Shown: in pieces, positions 34,986 through 44,944 of the stretch
How positions within the stretch are numbered: position 1 is the stretch's first letter
Layout: each line of letters opens with the position of its first letter
DNA from: a virus
Taxonomy: Duplodnaviria; Caudoviricetes
DNA length: 55,640 nucleotides
Virus record (IMG/VR): IMGVR_UViG_3300009082_000005
Coordinates: 1 to 55,640 of that record
Direction: 5' to 3' (one strand)
Position numbers and translations under genes: made by a program
Notes under the pieces: generated by a model
Database searches by the model: none
Seen by the model: the letters and a program-made list of their open reading frames with translations, nothing else
Told to the model about the DNA's origin: nothing

Positions 34986-36338
34986 ATGGAATTATCTATT
35001 GAAAAAGTAATCAAGCTAATTGAAGAAAAAAAGAAAAAAGAATACAAGGGTAGAAAGTATTATTATTACAAACCTGAACAAATGCCATTTTACCAACAGC
35101 CCAATTTACAAAATAAAATTGTTACAAAACAGGTTGAAAATACAAAAGAGGTTTATACTAATTGGTTTAAGGTACTTGTTAATCAAAAGATTGATTATTC
35201 TTTGTCTAAGCCTGTCACTGTAAAACCCAATATTCCTGAACAATTCAACATCGAGGATATAGTTGACAAAACAGCATTAAATGCTTCTATGGATAGTATA
35301 GGGTGGGTACAGATTTATATAAATAAGCAAAAAAAGCTTGATTGGATTAATAGAAACGATTCTCAAATTATTTCTATTTTTGATGAATATAACAAATATA
35401 TTGAAAATATAATTTATTTCTGGGTAGATGAAGAATCAGAAAAAGAGAAAAATGAATCTGAAAAAATATATAATGTACAGGTTTGGGATAATTCACAGGT
35501 AACAGAATTTCAAATAAAAGATAATAAGCTATATGGAACAACAACAACAAAAAATCATTACCTTGAAGTAATAAAATATAGAGATGTAGAAGAAGAAATA
35601 AACCCAAAAAGCTTTGGTTTTGTGCCTTTTATACCTCTTTATAATAATAAGAATCACGAATCAGACCTTGAAGGAATAGACATTTTACTTGATTGTTATA
35701 ATGAGATTGCTACAGGATTTATAAAAAATGTCCGAAAATTTCAAGAAATGGTTATGATGTTACGTGGGTATGGTGGACAAGATTTAGACGAATTTATGGA
35801 ACAACTTAAAAAGTATAATGTAATTCCAGTCGATGAAAAAGGTGATTTTGACTTTGTAAAGGTTGATATTCCTGTCGAGGCAAGGTCTGTTTTAATGGAT
35901 ATAATACGAAGGAATATATTTATACTTGGCAGAGGCGTTGACCCTACTGAGGATTTTGGCGGCAGTAATATAACAAATACTCTTATAAAAACCAGATACT
36001 CTAATCTTGACATGAAATGCTCTGATATGGAAAAACAAATCAGATTATTTTACATACAACTTATTGCAATTATCAATTTATATTATTCTGTAAATATTAA
36101 CAATGAAATAAAGTTTACAAGAAGCCAGATATTTAACGAGACTGAGCAGATTGACAATTGTGTAAAAAGCATGGGTTTAGTTAGCGAAGAAACTATACTT
36201 GAAAATCACCCTTTTGTTGAAGACGTGAAGAAAGAATTAACTAAATTAGATGCAGAAAAAGAAAAAAATATGAAATTATTTAATGACTCAACACATGATA
36301 GAAAAGTGTTTGATGATAAAGAAAGTAGTGTGGCATGA
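34986..36338 (+). CDS. Portal protein, SPP1 Gp6-like
   Basis: LVNQKIDY, FGFVPFIP.YNN....SDL, L.GYGG, Y..LD.K, S.ETILENHPFVED. Confidence 0.92.
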   Translation: MELSIEKVIKLIEEKKKKEYKGRKYYYYKPEQMPFYQQPNLQNKIVTKQVENTKEVYTNWFKVLVNQKIDYSLSKPVTVKPNIPEQFNIEDIVDKTALNASMDSIGWVQIYINKQKKLDWINRNDSQIISIFDEYNKYIENIIYFWVDEESEKEKNESEKIYNVQVWDNSQVTEFQIKDNKLYGTTTTKNHYLEVIKYRDVEEEINPKSFGFVPFIPLYNNKNHESDLEGIDILLDCYNEIATGFIKNVRKFQEMVMMLRGYGGQDLDEFMEQLKKYNVIPVDEKGDFDFVKVDIPVEARSVLMDIIRRNIFILGRGVDPTEDFGGSNITNTLIKTRYSNLDMKCSDMEKQIRLFYIQLIAIINLYYSVNINNEIKFTRSQIFNETEQIDNCVKSMGLVSEETILENHPFVEDVKKELTKLDAEKEKNMKLFNDSTHDRKVFDDKESSVA

Positions 36339-36667
36339 AATCAGTAAATTTAATTAAAATAAAAAAATATAAAAAGTTGTTATATAAAATTCAAAATTCA
36401 ATAAATTCTAATTATGATGAATGTTTTAAATGGTATGAAATTCTTTTGAAATTAGGTATAAAAAGTGATGCATATGTTGGCAGCACAAAATTAAAATACA
36501 ATTCAAGAAAATCTAAGTTAAGGAAAATAGAATGGTATCTTGGTCAATTTGTGAATGCAATGGATCATAAATGCATTCATACTATGATGGCATGGGAAAA
36601 TTGCTTTGATAAATTTGTTAATGATGTGAAATATATAAAACCAAAATTGGGTACTTTGCATGGATAA
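36335..36667 (+). CDS. Hypothetical protein
   Basis: ATGA-coupled to portal. Confidence 0.5.
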   Translation: MKSVNLIKIKKYKKLLYKIQNSINSNYDECFKWYEILLKLGIKSDAYVGSTKLKYNSRKSKLRKIEWYLGQFVNAMDHKCIHTMMAWENCFDKFVNDVKYIKPKLGTLHG

Positions 36668-36696
36668 AGTTGTAGGAACTGTTGATATACTAGAAA

Positions 36697-37014
36697 GTGA
36701 ATATGGTGATGATGAAGAATACAAAAATAATAAGATTAGAAGAAAAGAAAGATACATTAGTAAATTATCTGAAAAAAATATTAGACATGGCAGAAAAAGG
36801 CGAAATTGAAAATATATTAATTGCTTCATTTTTGAAAAGAGAAATATCAGAAGCTGAAATAGTTGATGATTGTTTAGTTCATGAAACTTTGACAGGATAT
36901 TATAAATTATGTGATTTGGAAAAACAATATCTTATTTCAGCATTACAAATTGACCTAAATTACAATATTGTGAAGGCTAATATAGATGACCTTATAGAAA
37001 TAATTAATGAATAG
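36697..37014 (+). CDS. Hypothetical protein
   Basis: 105-aa ORF. Confidence 0.55.
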   Translation: MNMVMMKNTKIIRLEEKKDTLVNYLKKILDMAEKGEIENILIASFLKREISEAEIVDDCLVHETLTGYYKLCDLEKQYLISALQIDLNYNIVKANIDDLIEIINE

Positions 37015-37045
37015 ATATATAATACCTTAAAAGCGAGGTGTTTAT

Positions 37046-37579
37046 ATGGAAATATCAAAAAAAATGAGTCAAGAACAAATTAAACAATATTTTTTAGAAA
37101 ATAAAAATCAAATATCTGATATTCAATTAGGGGATATTGGATTTGACGATATAACTTTTATTTTCGGAAATGGAGTTAAAATTACTGCTTATTCTGATAT
37201 GACAGAAGCAAATATACGCGTTGGTAATGATAGAGTTAGCAGTAGCAATAATATTATGAGACATGTTATAAAAAAAAATGAGCCATTACCATATATGATG
37301 GTTAATGATGAAAACAAAATAAATTTTAACAAAATTGTTTCAGAATATATGCCAATTCCAGCTAAGGTTGAATATTATTTTAAATATTATTTTAATTTTG
37401 CAATGAATATTATTAAAAACAATTTAAAAGAAAATAAGCAAGATAAATCTGGTGAAGGTCTGTATTATGTATGGCAATCTAATTTAACATGTATAATTAT
37501 GGATAATTCAGATTTAGAACATGATAAAGCTAATGAAATAGCTTGTAAATTTTTAGATAGATTGATTGGTGAAAGATAA
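37046..37579 (+). CDS. Hypothetical protein
   Basis: GAGGTG RBS, 177 aa. Confidence 0.65.
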   Translation: MEISKKMSQEQIKQYFLENKNQISDIQLGDIGFDDITFIFGNGVKITAYSDMTEANIRVGNDRVSSSNNIMRHVIKKNEPLPYMMVNDENKINFNKIVSEYMPIPAKVEYYFKYYFNFAMNIIKNNLKENKQDKSGEGLYYVWQSNLTCIIMDNSDLEHDKANEIACKFLDRLIGER

Positions 37580-37737
37580 GAAGGTGATATGATGCAAGAA
37601 AAATCATGCAAAACATGCAACAACAACAAAGAAGGATACTGCAAATTTAAACAAAAAAATATAGAAGGTGATTTATCTCAACAAGGCTGTGGAGATTGGG
37701 AAGAAAAAGAAGTTGAAATTAATTAAATAAGATAATA

Positions 37738-37762
37738 CAAGACCTTTCGAGGTCTTTTTTTA
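37738..37762 (+). terminator. Intrinsic terminator
   Basis: AAGACC-TTTCGA-GGTCTTTTTTT. Confidence 0.75.
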
Positions 37763-37844
37763 TGCAATAAATTCGCAATTATGCGTAAAATAATTAACCT
37801 TCGTGGACTATACCACGTTAATAAATGTAAAGGGAGCAAATTTA

Positions 37845-38405
37845 ATGAAAAGAGAATTTTTACAAGAATTAAAGTTAGAAGATGAAGTTATAGAAAAAAT
37901 AATGATTGAACATGGCAAAACCGTTAACGGAGTAAAGAAAAAGTTAGATGAGAGCGAAGAAAAGCTAAAAGCTACAACTGAAAAAGTAACAAGTTATGAA
38001 ACACAGTTAGAAGAAACAAAGAAATTACTTGGAGAATCAGAAAAATTTAAAGAAGAATCAGAAGAATTTAAAACAAAATACTCTGATTTGGAAACTAAGT
38101 TTAATTCTGAAATTGAATTAAAAAATAAAGAAATTGAAAATGTATTAAAGAAAAGTTTGGTGAAAGAAAGTCTAGTTGGAGCAGGAGCAAAGCATATTGA
38201 CTTATTAATGCATCAAATAAATTTTGATGATGTAAAAATAGATAATGAAAAATTATTTGGTTTTGATACTCAATTGGAAAGTATTAAGACTAATTATGCT
38301 GATTTATTTACAACAAAAGAAAATACACAAGATGTCAGAACAGGTCAAAATAATGACCCTGCAACAAGTGGTGATATAGACCTTTCTTTTATGGACAAAC
38401 TGTAA
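37845..38405 (+). CDS. Head scaffolding protein (GP20-like)
   Basis: MKREFLQEL.L....IEKIM.EHGK, coiled coil, GAK, QL..IK..Y..LF; GGGAG RBS. Confidence 0.88.
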   Translation: MKREFLQELKLEDEVIEKIMIEHGKTVNGVKKKLDESEEKLKATTEKVTSYETQLEETKKLLGESEKFKEESEEFKTKYSDLETKFNSEIELKNKEIENVLKKSLVKESLVGAGAKHIDLLMHQINFDDVKIDNEKLFGFDTQLESIKTNYADLFTTKENTQDVRTGQNNDPATSGDIDLSFMDKL

Positions 38406-38424
38406 AAGAATTGGAGTGAAATAA

Positions 38425-39315
38425 ATGGCTTATAATAACAGCATTGCATATGCTTCAAAATATGTAGAAATGTTGGATAGGGTATATAAAGCTGGCTCAG
38501 TTACAAGCATATTAGAACCAGCTGCAAACTTATATAAATTTGATAGTATTAATGAAAAAACTGTATACATTAAAACTTTGTCGGCTGAGGGTCTTGGAAC
38601 TTATAATAGGAGCACCGGGTATGATGATGGTGACTTAACAATCACATGGGCTTCTCACCAGTTTAGTCAAGATAGGGGTAAAAGGTTTATTCTTGATACA
38701 CAGGATGAAAAAGAAGCAATGATACAAATGGCAGAAGTAGGGGCTGAGTTTCAACGTGTTTATGTAAATTCAGAAGTTGACGCGTACCGTTTTGAAACAC
38801 TTTGTACAAATGCAGGTACTACAGCAACACCAGCAGCATTAACTTATGATACTGTTATAGCTGCAATTAGAACAGCGATACAAACACTGGATAATGCAGA
38901 AGTTCCACAAGACCAGAGAATTTTATTTGTATCGGCTGCAATTATGCAAGCAATGGAAGATTCAGGAGAATTTTTTAAGACAATAAATGTTACACAAAAT
39001 AATGGAACAATTGATACAACTATTAAATCATTTAATAATATGCCTGTTATTCAAGTGCCTTTGGGAAGGTTTTATAATAATTTTGATTTCAGTGCTACAA
39101 ATGGTTATAGTGTTGCTGCTGGTGGAGATGCTATTAATTTTATATTAGTTTATAAACCTGCTGCAATGGCAATTATAAAGTACAAAACAAGTAATATTAT
39201 AGATGCAGCAGCAAACCAGACAGCAGATGGGTACATTCTAAAATATAGAATTTACCATGATTGTTTCTGTCCCGCCAATAAGGTTAATGGAATATATGTT
39301 CATAAAGCTACTTAA
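38425..39315 (+). CDS. Major capsid protein
   Basis: GLG.Y.R..GY..G, QDRG..F..D..D..E, EVDAYRF, YRIYHD.F...NK..GIY.H; follows scaffold. Confidence 0.9.
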   Translation: MAYNNSIAYASKYVEMLDRVYKAGSVTSILEPAANLYKFDSINEKTVYIKTLSAEGLGTYNRSTGYDDGDLTITWASHQFSQDRGKRFILDTQDEKEAMIQMAEVGAEFQRVYVNSEVDAYRFETLCTNAGTTATPAALTYDTVIAAIRTAIQTLDNAEVPQDQRILFVSAAIMQAMEDSGEFFKTINVTQNNGTIDTTIKSFNNMPVIQVPLGRFYNNFDFSATNGYSVAAGGDAINFILVYKPAAMAIIKYKTSNIIDAAANQTADGYILKYRIYHDCFCPANKVNGIYVHKAT

Positions 39316-39410
39316 TAAAATTTTAGTAAGTAAAATTCATTAAAATAAATTGAGGCAATAACAAGACTTAAACAGTCTTTTTTTATTGCCTTTTTTCGTA
39401 TAAAAAAGAG

Positions 39411-40517
39411 GTGAAAAATTTGGCTAATACATTTGAAGGAAGAATAGCGGAAATTGAAACATCTGTAACACAGGTAACAAGTTCAGCGTCTTCCATAGCT
39501 TCTAGTGCAACAGTTCTTGATTCTCTTGTTACTGCACAATCAGGTAATGTAAGTACAATAGAAAGTACTGCATCAACAATTGATAGTTCAGCAAGCATAA
39601 TGGAAAGTGTTGCAAGTTTAGTTGATAGCATTGGAACTGAGCAAGATACAATAATTTCTAATGTTTCAACTGTAGATAGTAAAGTAGTAGTAAATAGCAC
39701 ATCAGTAAGCACTGTAGATTCAAAAGTAGTTGTTGTTTCTACAGCAACAAGTACAGTAGATAGTAAATTATTATCTGTGAACACTGCTCTATCTGGTGTC
39801 GTTTCTGTAGCAGATTCCAAAGTTGTATCTACAGCAAACAAAGTTGATAGTACAGCAGTTTTAGTTTCAACATGTGATTCGAAAGTTGTAAGTGTTAATA
39901 CTGCCTTAAGTACAAGCATAAGTACTGCAAGTAGCAAAGCTACAGTAAACAGTACATCAATAAGCACAGCAGATTCAAAAATAGTTGTTGTTTCTACAGC
40001 TTTAAGCACATTAACTGGCAATTTAAGTACAGCAGATAGTAAAATAGTAATAGTTGATAGCAAGATAGTTGTAAATAGCACATCTATAAGCACAGCTATT
40101 GTAAACATATCTACATTAGATAGTAAAGTAGTTGTTGTTGATAGTGTAGCAGATGCAATTGTTACAGCTGTATCTACAGTTGATTCCAAGGTCGTAATAG
40201 TAGATAGTGTAGCAGATGCAATTGTTACAGCTGTATCTACAGTTGATAGTAAGATAGTAATAGTTGATAGCAAAGTAGTTGTAAATAGCACATCGATAAG
40301 TACAGCTATTGTAAACATATCTACAGTAGATAGTAAAGTAGTTGTTGTTGATAGTGTAGCAGATGCAATTGTTACAGCTGTATCAACAGCTGATAGTAAG
40401 ATAGTAATAGTAGATAGTGTGGCAGATGTAATTGCCGTTGATACTGCTACAATTATAAGCACTTTGGCAGTATTAAGTGCTGCTATAAGCGTTGTAGACA
40501 GCAAAGTAACTACCTAA
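39411..40517 (+). CDS. Ser/Thr/Val/Asp-rich heptad-repeat fibre-like protein
   Basis: 7-residue units such as VSTVDSK/VVVNSTS; no Pro, Trp, Tyr, His; GAGGTG likely serves as RBS for TTG 39420. Confidence 0.8.
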   Translation: MKNLANTFEGRIAEIETSVTQVTSSASSIASSATVLDSLVTAQSGNVSTIESTASTIDSSASIMESVASLVDSIGTEQDTIISNVSTVDSKVVVNSTSVSTVDSKVVVVSTATSTVDSKLLSVNTALSGVVSVADSKVVSTANKVDSTAVLVSTCDSKVVSVNTALSTSISTASSKATVNSTSISTADSKIVVVSTALSTLTGNLSTADSKIVIVDSKIVVNSTSISTAIVNISTLDSKVVVVDSVADAIVTAVSTVDSKVVIVDSVADAIVTAVSTVDSKIVIVDSKVVVNSTSISTAIVNISTVDSKVVVVDSVADAIVTAVSTADSKIVIVDSVADVIAVDTATIISTLAVLSAAISVVDSKVTT

Positions 40518-40621
40518 TTAATAAAATTAAAATTATGAGAGCTAGATTTCTAGAATCGAAAGTGGCATTCCCTGCCACCGCTCTCTTTTATTTTGGGATA
40601 TAACTAAGGGAGGTTGTTTAG

Positions 40622-41677
40622 TTGGATAAAAAAATAAAGATAGGACATATAAGTTTTTTTGCACCTAGTAGGTCTGGATTATATGAAGCTTCAAGGGATA
40701 TGTGCAAGGCTGATATATTAGGCGGAAATGAAGCATATTTTTTTGATGCTGGTGTGCCTGAAAAAGATGGAAGAGCAGAAATAAAAGTTGGGGCAGAGGA
40801 TAATAGGGCAGGATTTAAGTTAATTACATCAAATCCAGAATTAATACAGGATATGGATATTTTAATAATGCATACTGGAATTGATGATAAATATGTTGTA
40901 AAAAGTCAATCTCCAATAATCTGGGTAGTTCATGGAAAACCATTAGACTGTTATAGGCCAGAAATGAATGGACAAAGAAACAGCTATACTTTATATAATG
41001 AGTTGTCAAAATGGCCTAGAGCAAAATATATGTTATATTTCTGGAATGAATATAAACCATATTGGGCTTGTTTTCCTGAACAAAAACATCTTATTTTTGA
41101 TTATCCTGTAATTGATGAAGAAAGATTTAATAACACAGGAGATATATACAAAATCACAGATAAAGGTAAATATAATATTCTTATATGTGACTCAGACAGG
41201 GCAGATACAGACAAATTTGAATTAATTATTTCAGCAATTGAAGTTTCAAAAAAAATTGAAGGAATAAAATTTCATTTTGCTGGTCTTGATATGCCTTTTA
41301 AAACTTGTGAAAGAGCATTACTTGATAAACTACAAAAAGTTGGAGGTCTGGGAGACATAATCAAAAGGACAGATAATATGCAAGCTGTTTATAAATCAAT
41401 GGACTTAACTTTTAGCCCAAATAGAATAATAAATCGTGTAATTGCTGAATCGCTATGTTGTGGAACTCCTGTAATGACTGAAATAGGTTGCAAAGTATCT
41501 GATTATACTACATATGTTCCTGATTCAAATAAAGTTATAGATTCTATTAAAAATTTTATAAATGATTTTGATAATAATTTGATAGATAAACAAAAGATAA
41601 TAGAAAGAAGCAAAGTATTTAACATGAAAAACTATTATACACGCATGAACGAAGTGTATAAGGAGGTGTTGGCTTAA
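40622..41677 (+). CDS. Glycosyltransferase, GT-B fold (GT4-like)
   Basis: ILIMH, PIIWVVHG, IDEERF, MQAVYKSMDL, VIAESLCCGTPV. Confidence 0.82.
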   Translation: MDKKIKIGHISFFAPSRSGLYEASRDMCKADILGGNEAYFFDAGVPEKDGRAEIKVGAEDNRAGFKLITSNPELIQDMDILIMHTGIDDKYVVKSQSPIIWVVHGKPLDCYRPEMNGQRNSYTLYNELSKWPRAKYMLYFWNEYKPYWACFPEQKHLIFDYPVIDEERFNNTGDIYKITDKGKYNILICDSDRADTDKFELIISAIEVSKKIEGIKFHFAGLDMPFKTCERALLDKLQKVGGLGDIIKRTDNMQAVYKSMDLTFSPNRIINRVIAESLCCGTPVMTEIGCKVSDYTTYVPDSNKVIDSIKNFINDFDNNLIDKQKIIERSKVFNMKNYYTRMNEVYKEVLA

Positions 41678-42034
41678 ATGGCTGACGGAGATAGAACAAA
41701 TAAGGGATTACTGAATGATATTTTAGATGCCATTCAAAACATTGCTACAAATAATATAGTTAATACATCTGATTCAAATATGTTAGCTTATTCTTTTGCT
41801 AGTGGCAAAAGTCAAAAACAGAATGGATCTGGAACAATAACACCTGTTTCTGGCACTACTTTTTATAAAATAGAATTTCACAATAGTACAGCAATAACTG
41901 CCATGACTGTTGTATCTGGATGGGCTGATTACACAGGAATAACAATGCCTGCTGGTTCTTATGCTATAACAAATTGTACAAGTATACAAATATCATCCGG
42001 GCTTATTACTGCTTATCAAAGGAGTACAGCATAA
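41678..42034 (+). CDS. Small beta-rich structural protein
   Basis: GGAGGTG RBS; G/S/T-rich C-terminal half. Confidence 0.6.
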   Translation: MADGDRTNKGLLNDILDAIQNIATNNIVNTSDSNMLAYSFASGKSQKQNGSGTITPVSGTTFYKIEFHNSTAITAMTVVSGWADYTGITMPAGSYAITNCTSIQISSGLITAYQRSTA

Positions 42035-42792
42035 TGTTAGGGTTAGGACTTGGATTAGATAAGTCAAATACAAAAGTTAATTACCATATTTCTGTATGGG
42101 ATACAACAAAGACATCTTCAGGTAGTAGTAATAGCAATCAAATTAAACTACCTGCCTATAATGGGGGAACTTATGCTTTTACTATCTACTGGGATGATGG
42201 CACAAGTAGTTACATTACAAGCTGGAATGATGCTGCATTAACACATACTTATGCAATAGAAGGAATCAAAAGAATAATTATAATTGGGCAATTCGAAGGA
42301 TTCAAGTTTGACAATAGTGGTGATAGATTAAAATTAATTACTATTGAAAGCGGTGGAAATGGATTTAAACTTGGTTCTGGTGGTGGGTATTTTTATGGCT
42401 GTGCTAATCTAACAACTATAGACAATTTAAGTACAACTGGGATTCAAAATATGACAGCCGCTTTTCGTGGGTGTTCTAAGTTAAATTGTCTATTAAATTT
42501 AGATACGGCAAGTGCAACAACTATGTATACTTTTTTATATCAAGCAACTGCTTTTAATAATTCAGTTAAACAGTTGAGTATAGCACTTTGCACGAATCTT
42601 AATTTGATGTTATCAAGCACAGCAATATCAAATACACATTATTCTGATGCATTAATAGCATGGAACGCTTTGCCTCATCAAAATTCTGTTACTTTAGCAT
42701 GTCCAGCTAAATATGAAGCAAGAGCAGCAGCAGCAAGAACAGATTTTATTAATAATCACTCTTGGACAATAAATGATGGTGGAGCAGCTTAA
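42034..42792 (+). CDS. BspA/DUF285-like surface protein with PKD-like N-domain
   Basis: MLGLGLGL start, IYWDDG...THTY, FYGC.NL, NM..AF.GCSKLN, WTINDGG. Confidence 0.65.
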   Translation: MLGLGLGLDKSNTKVNYHISVWDTTKTSSGSSNSNQIKLPAYNGGTYAFTIYWDDGTSSYITSWNDAALTHTYAIEGIKRIIIIGQFEGFKFDNSGDRLKLITIESGGNGFKLGSGGGYFYGCANLTTIDNLSTTGIQNMTAAFRGCSKLNCLLNLDTASATTMYTFLYQATAFNNSVKQLSIALCTNLNLMLSSTAISNTHYSDALIAWNALPHQNSVTLACPAKYEARAAAARTDFINNHSWTINDGGAA

Positions 42793-43386
42793 TTGTTAAA
42801 AAATAATATTAATTATTACAAAAAAATCTCTGATGAAGCATCAAGCAGTTTATCATCAAATCAAAAATATAAATTCACTGTAAATGAAAAATTATTACAG
42901 GATAATATATCTAATTTTCTTAAAATTGATGATTCAAAAGCTTCAAAAGAATTAATTGATAAATATAAAAAAGATATGCATAAAATGTTTAATACTGCAA
43001 ATATTGAATACAACAAAGTATTTAATAAGCTTAATTCTACAGATGACGAAATTTTAAAACAAAAAATATTAAATGATTATACTGATAGCGGAATTATAGG
43101 ATTTAAGGCAAAAAACGGAGCAAGATGGAATATTGAAACATATTCAAACATGTATACAAGGCATGTTAATAATGAATGTGTGAGAAATTCTGTTTTGGAA
43201 CAATCTAAAAAACAGGGCAAAGAAAGAGTTAAAATATCTACTCATGGTACTAAATGTGATTTGTGTAAACCATGGGAAGGAAAAATTTTAACTTTTGAAC
43301 AAGTTGAAACTGCCAAAAGTGCAGGTTTATTTCATCCAAATTGTCTGCATATAATTTTATTTGTTGTAGGAAGGATTGAATTTTGA
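42793..43386 (+). CDS. Minor capsid protein
   Basis: GARWNIETYSNM.TR, STHG..C..C.PWEGKI, GLFHPNC.H. Confidence 0.85.
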   Translation: MLKNNINYYKKISDEASSSLSSNQKYKFTVNEKLLQDNISNFLKIDDSKASKELIDKYKKDMHKMFNTANIEYNKVFNKLNSTDDEILKQKILNDYTDSGIIGFKAKNGARWNIETYSNMYTRHVNNECVRNSVLEQSKKQGKERVKISTHGTKCDLCKPWEGKILTFEQVETAKSAGLFHPNCLHIILFVVGRIEF

Positions 43387-43574
43387 ATTTAGAAAAAATA
43401 TCAAATTTAAGCTATGAAAAGCAACAACAAGAATTAAATAAATTAGTTATGCCTATCATAGAAACCGAAACCTTGCTAAGAAAATGGCAAAGAAGATTAT
43501 TAGTAGCATTGACGGATGAAGAAAAACAGAAATGTAAGGCAAAAATAAAAGAGTATGAGAGGGTTAACAAATGA
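43383..43574 (+). CDS. Small protein resembling the C-terminal part of minor capsid proteins
   Basis: YEKQQ...E..LRKWQRR.......KAKIKEY. Confidence 0.5.
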   Translation: MNLEKISNLSYEKQQQELNKLVMPIIETETLLRKWQRRLLVALTDEEKQKCKAKIKEYERVNK

Positions 43575-44179
43575 TTACTCTTACAGAGGTAAAAACATTA
43601 TTACAAATTTCAGATACAACTTATGATACATTTATTACTTTTAATATTCCTCTTGTTGTAGAGTCTATCTGTGAATACTGCAAAAATCATTTTATTGATA
43701 TTGATTACATTGATAATGATACATATATTCGTTCTAATGATGTGGTATTTGCTAGTTCCGATAAGTCTATAACAATAAGCGATTTTAATAATGAGTTCAT
43801 TGCTGGAGATTATTTGAGGATATATGGAACTAAAAGGAATAACGGACATTGCAAAGTTGATTCTATTAATTCAACAAAATTAGTTGTATCTGAAATTGAT
43901 ATTATAAATGAAACTATTTCCAGCAATACAGATAACAGTATAGTAATATTTAGGGCTGATTATCCGAGGTCAATTAAATTACCTGCAAGCAAACTATTTA
44001 AATACCTTATTGATAAAGAAAATCCAAATGTAAAAAGTGAAAAAATAGACGATTATTCAATTACTTACAAAGATTCAAAAATAATAAATGGTTTTCCAGC
44101 AGAATTGATGGAAAGTTTCAATAGGTGGAAGAAAGTATTTTTTGAAAGAGTATTTTTAGATAATAATGTTTATTATTAA
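43571..44179 (+). CDS. Head-tail connector (adaptor)
   Basis: MITLTEVK.LL, I.EYC.N.F, VKSEKIDDYSITY. Confidence 0.8.
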   Translation: MITLTEVKTLLQISDTTYDTFITFNIPLVVESICEYCKNHFIDIDYIDNDTYIRSNDVVFASSDKSITISDFNNEFIAGDYLRIYGTKRNNGHCKVDSINSTKLVVSEIDIINETISSNTDNSIVIFRADYPRSIKLPASKLFKYLIDKENPNVKSEKIDDYSITYKDSKIINGFPAELMESFNRWKKVFFERVFLDNNVYY

Positions 44180-44191
44180 GGTCGTGATTAT

Positions 44192-44548
44192 ATGAGAGTG
44201 CAAAGCATGTCAAATGGTGGAATAATAATGCAGGTCACAAATAATATTCCAAGTTTTTTAGATATTTTTAGAAGAAATAAAGTTAAAACCCTTACGGAAA
44301 TAGGAAAGTTCTGCAAGGGTAAAATGGATTATTATGTACCTGTCGATACTGGATATTTAAGAAGCAGAAACGACTACAGAATAACAATGGATAAAAACTT
44401 ACAGCTAATAAATAACTGTCATTATGCAGGCTATCAGGAATTTGGAACATATAAAATGAATGCACAGCCATTTATGAGACCATCTGTTTATGGACATTTA
44501 GCAGAAATAGAAATGATTGCAGGAAGGAATATGAGTTTAAACTTATGA
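44192..44548 (+). CDS. HK97 gp10-like tail component
   Basis: PVDTGYLRS, YAGYQEFGT.KM.AQPFMRP. Confidence 0.9.
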   Translation: MRVQSMSNGGIIMQVTNNIPSFLDIFRRNKVKTLTEIGKFCKGKMDYYVPVDTGYLRSRNDYRITMDKNLQLINNCHYAGYQEFGTYKMNAQPFMRPSVYGHLAEIEMIAGRNMSLNL

Positions 44549-44940
44549 CTTTAAGTGAATTGAAACTATATGTTAAAGCTAGATTGGAGGCTTTATCTGG
44601 CATAACTGTATATGATGGGGAGGCTGACAGTGAAGAAACCTTCCCTTATTTATGTTTCCATTTTCCAAGTGCAAGTTTTCAATATAGAAACAAAGATGAC
44701 AGGATAATGGAAATAGATTATTACAATGATAGCAATGATGATACTGAAATATTAGCAGCTGCCGAAAAAGTAAGAAATGGGACAACTGTTGGAGTCGAAA
44801 CAGTTTATGGCCTTGATAAATCTTTTCAGGATGAATCAGAAGGCTTTTACAAATGCAATATAGAATTTGAAGGCGAAATAAAAACACAAGAAAAAAATAC
44901 ATGCAGATTTAATCAAAGATATTTATTTGAAGTGAGGTGA
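44545..44940 (+). CDS. Tail terminator-like protein
   Basis: VYD..A.....FPY, position before tail tube. Confidence 0.7.
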   Translation: MTLSELKLYVKARLEALSGITVYDGEADSEETFPYLCFHFPSASFQYRNKDDRIMEIDYYNDSNDDTEILAAAEKVRNGTTVGVETVYGLDKSFQDESEGFYKCNIEFEGEIKTQEKNTCRFNQRYLFEVR

Positions 44941-44944
44941 TATA

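Noticed and set aside
39383-40504. 373-aa antisense ORF
   Set aside because: Shadow of the low-complexity plus-strand gene, whose codon usage seldom creates reverse stops; no RBS
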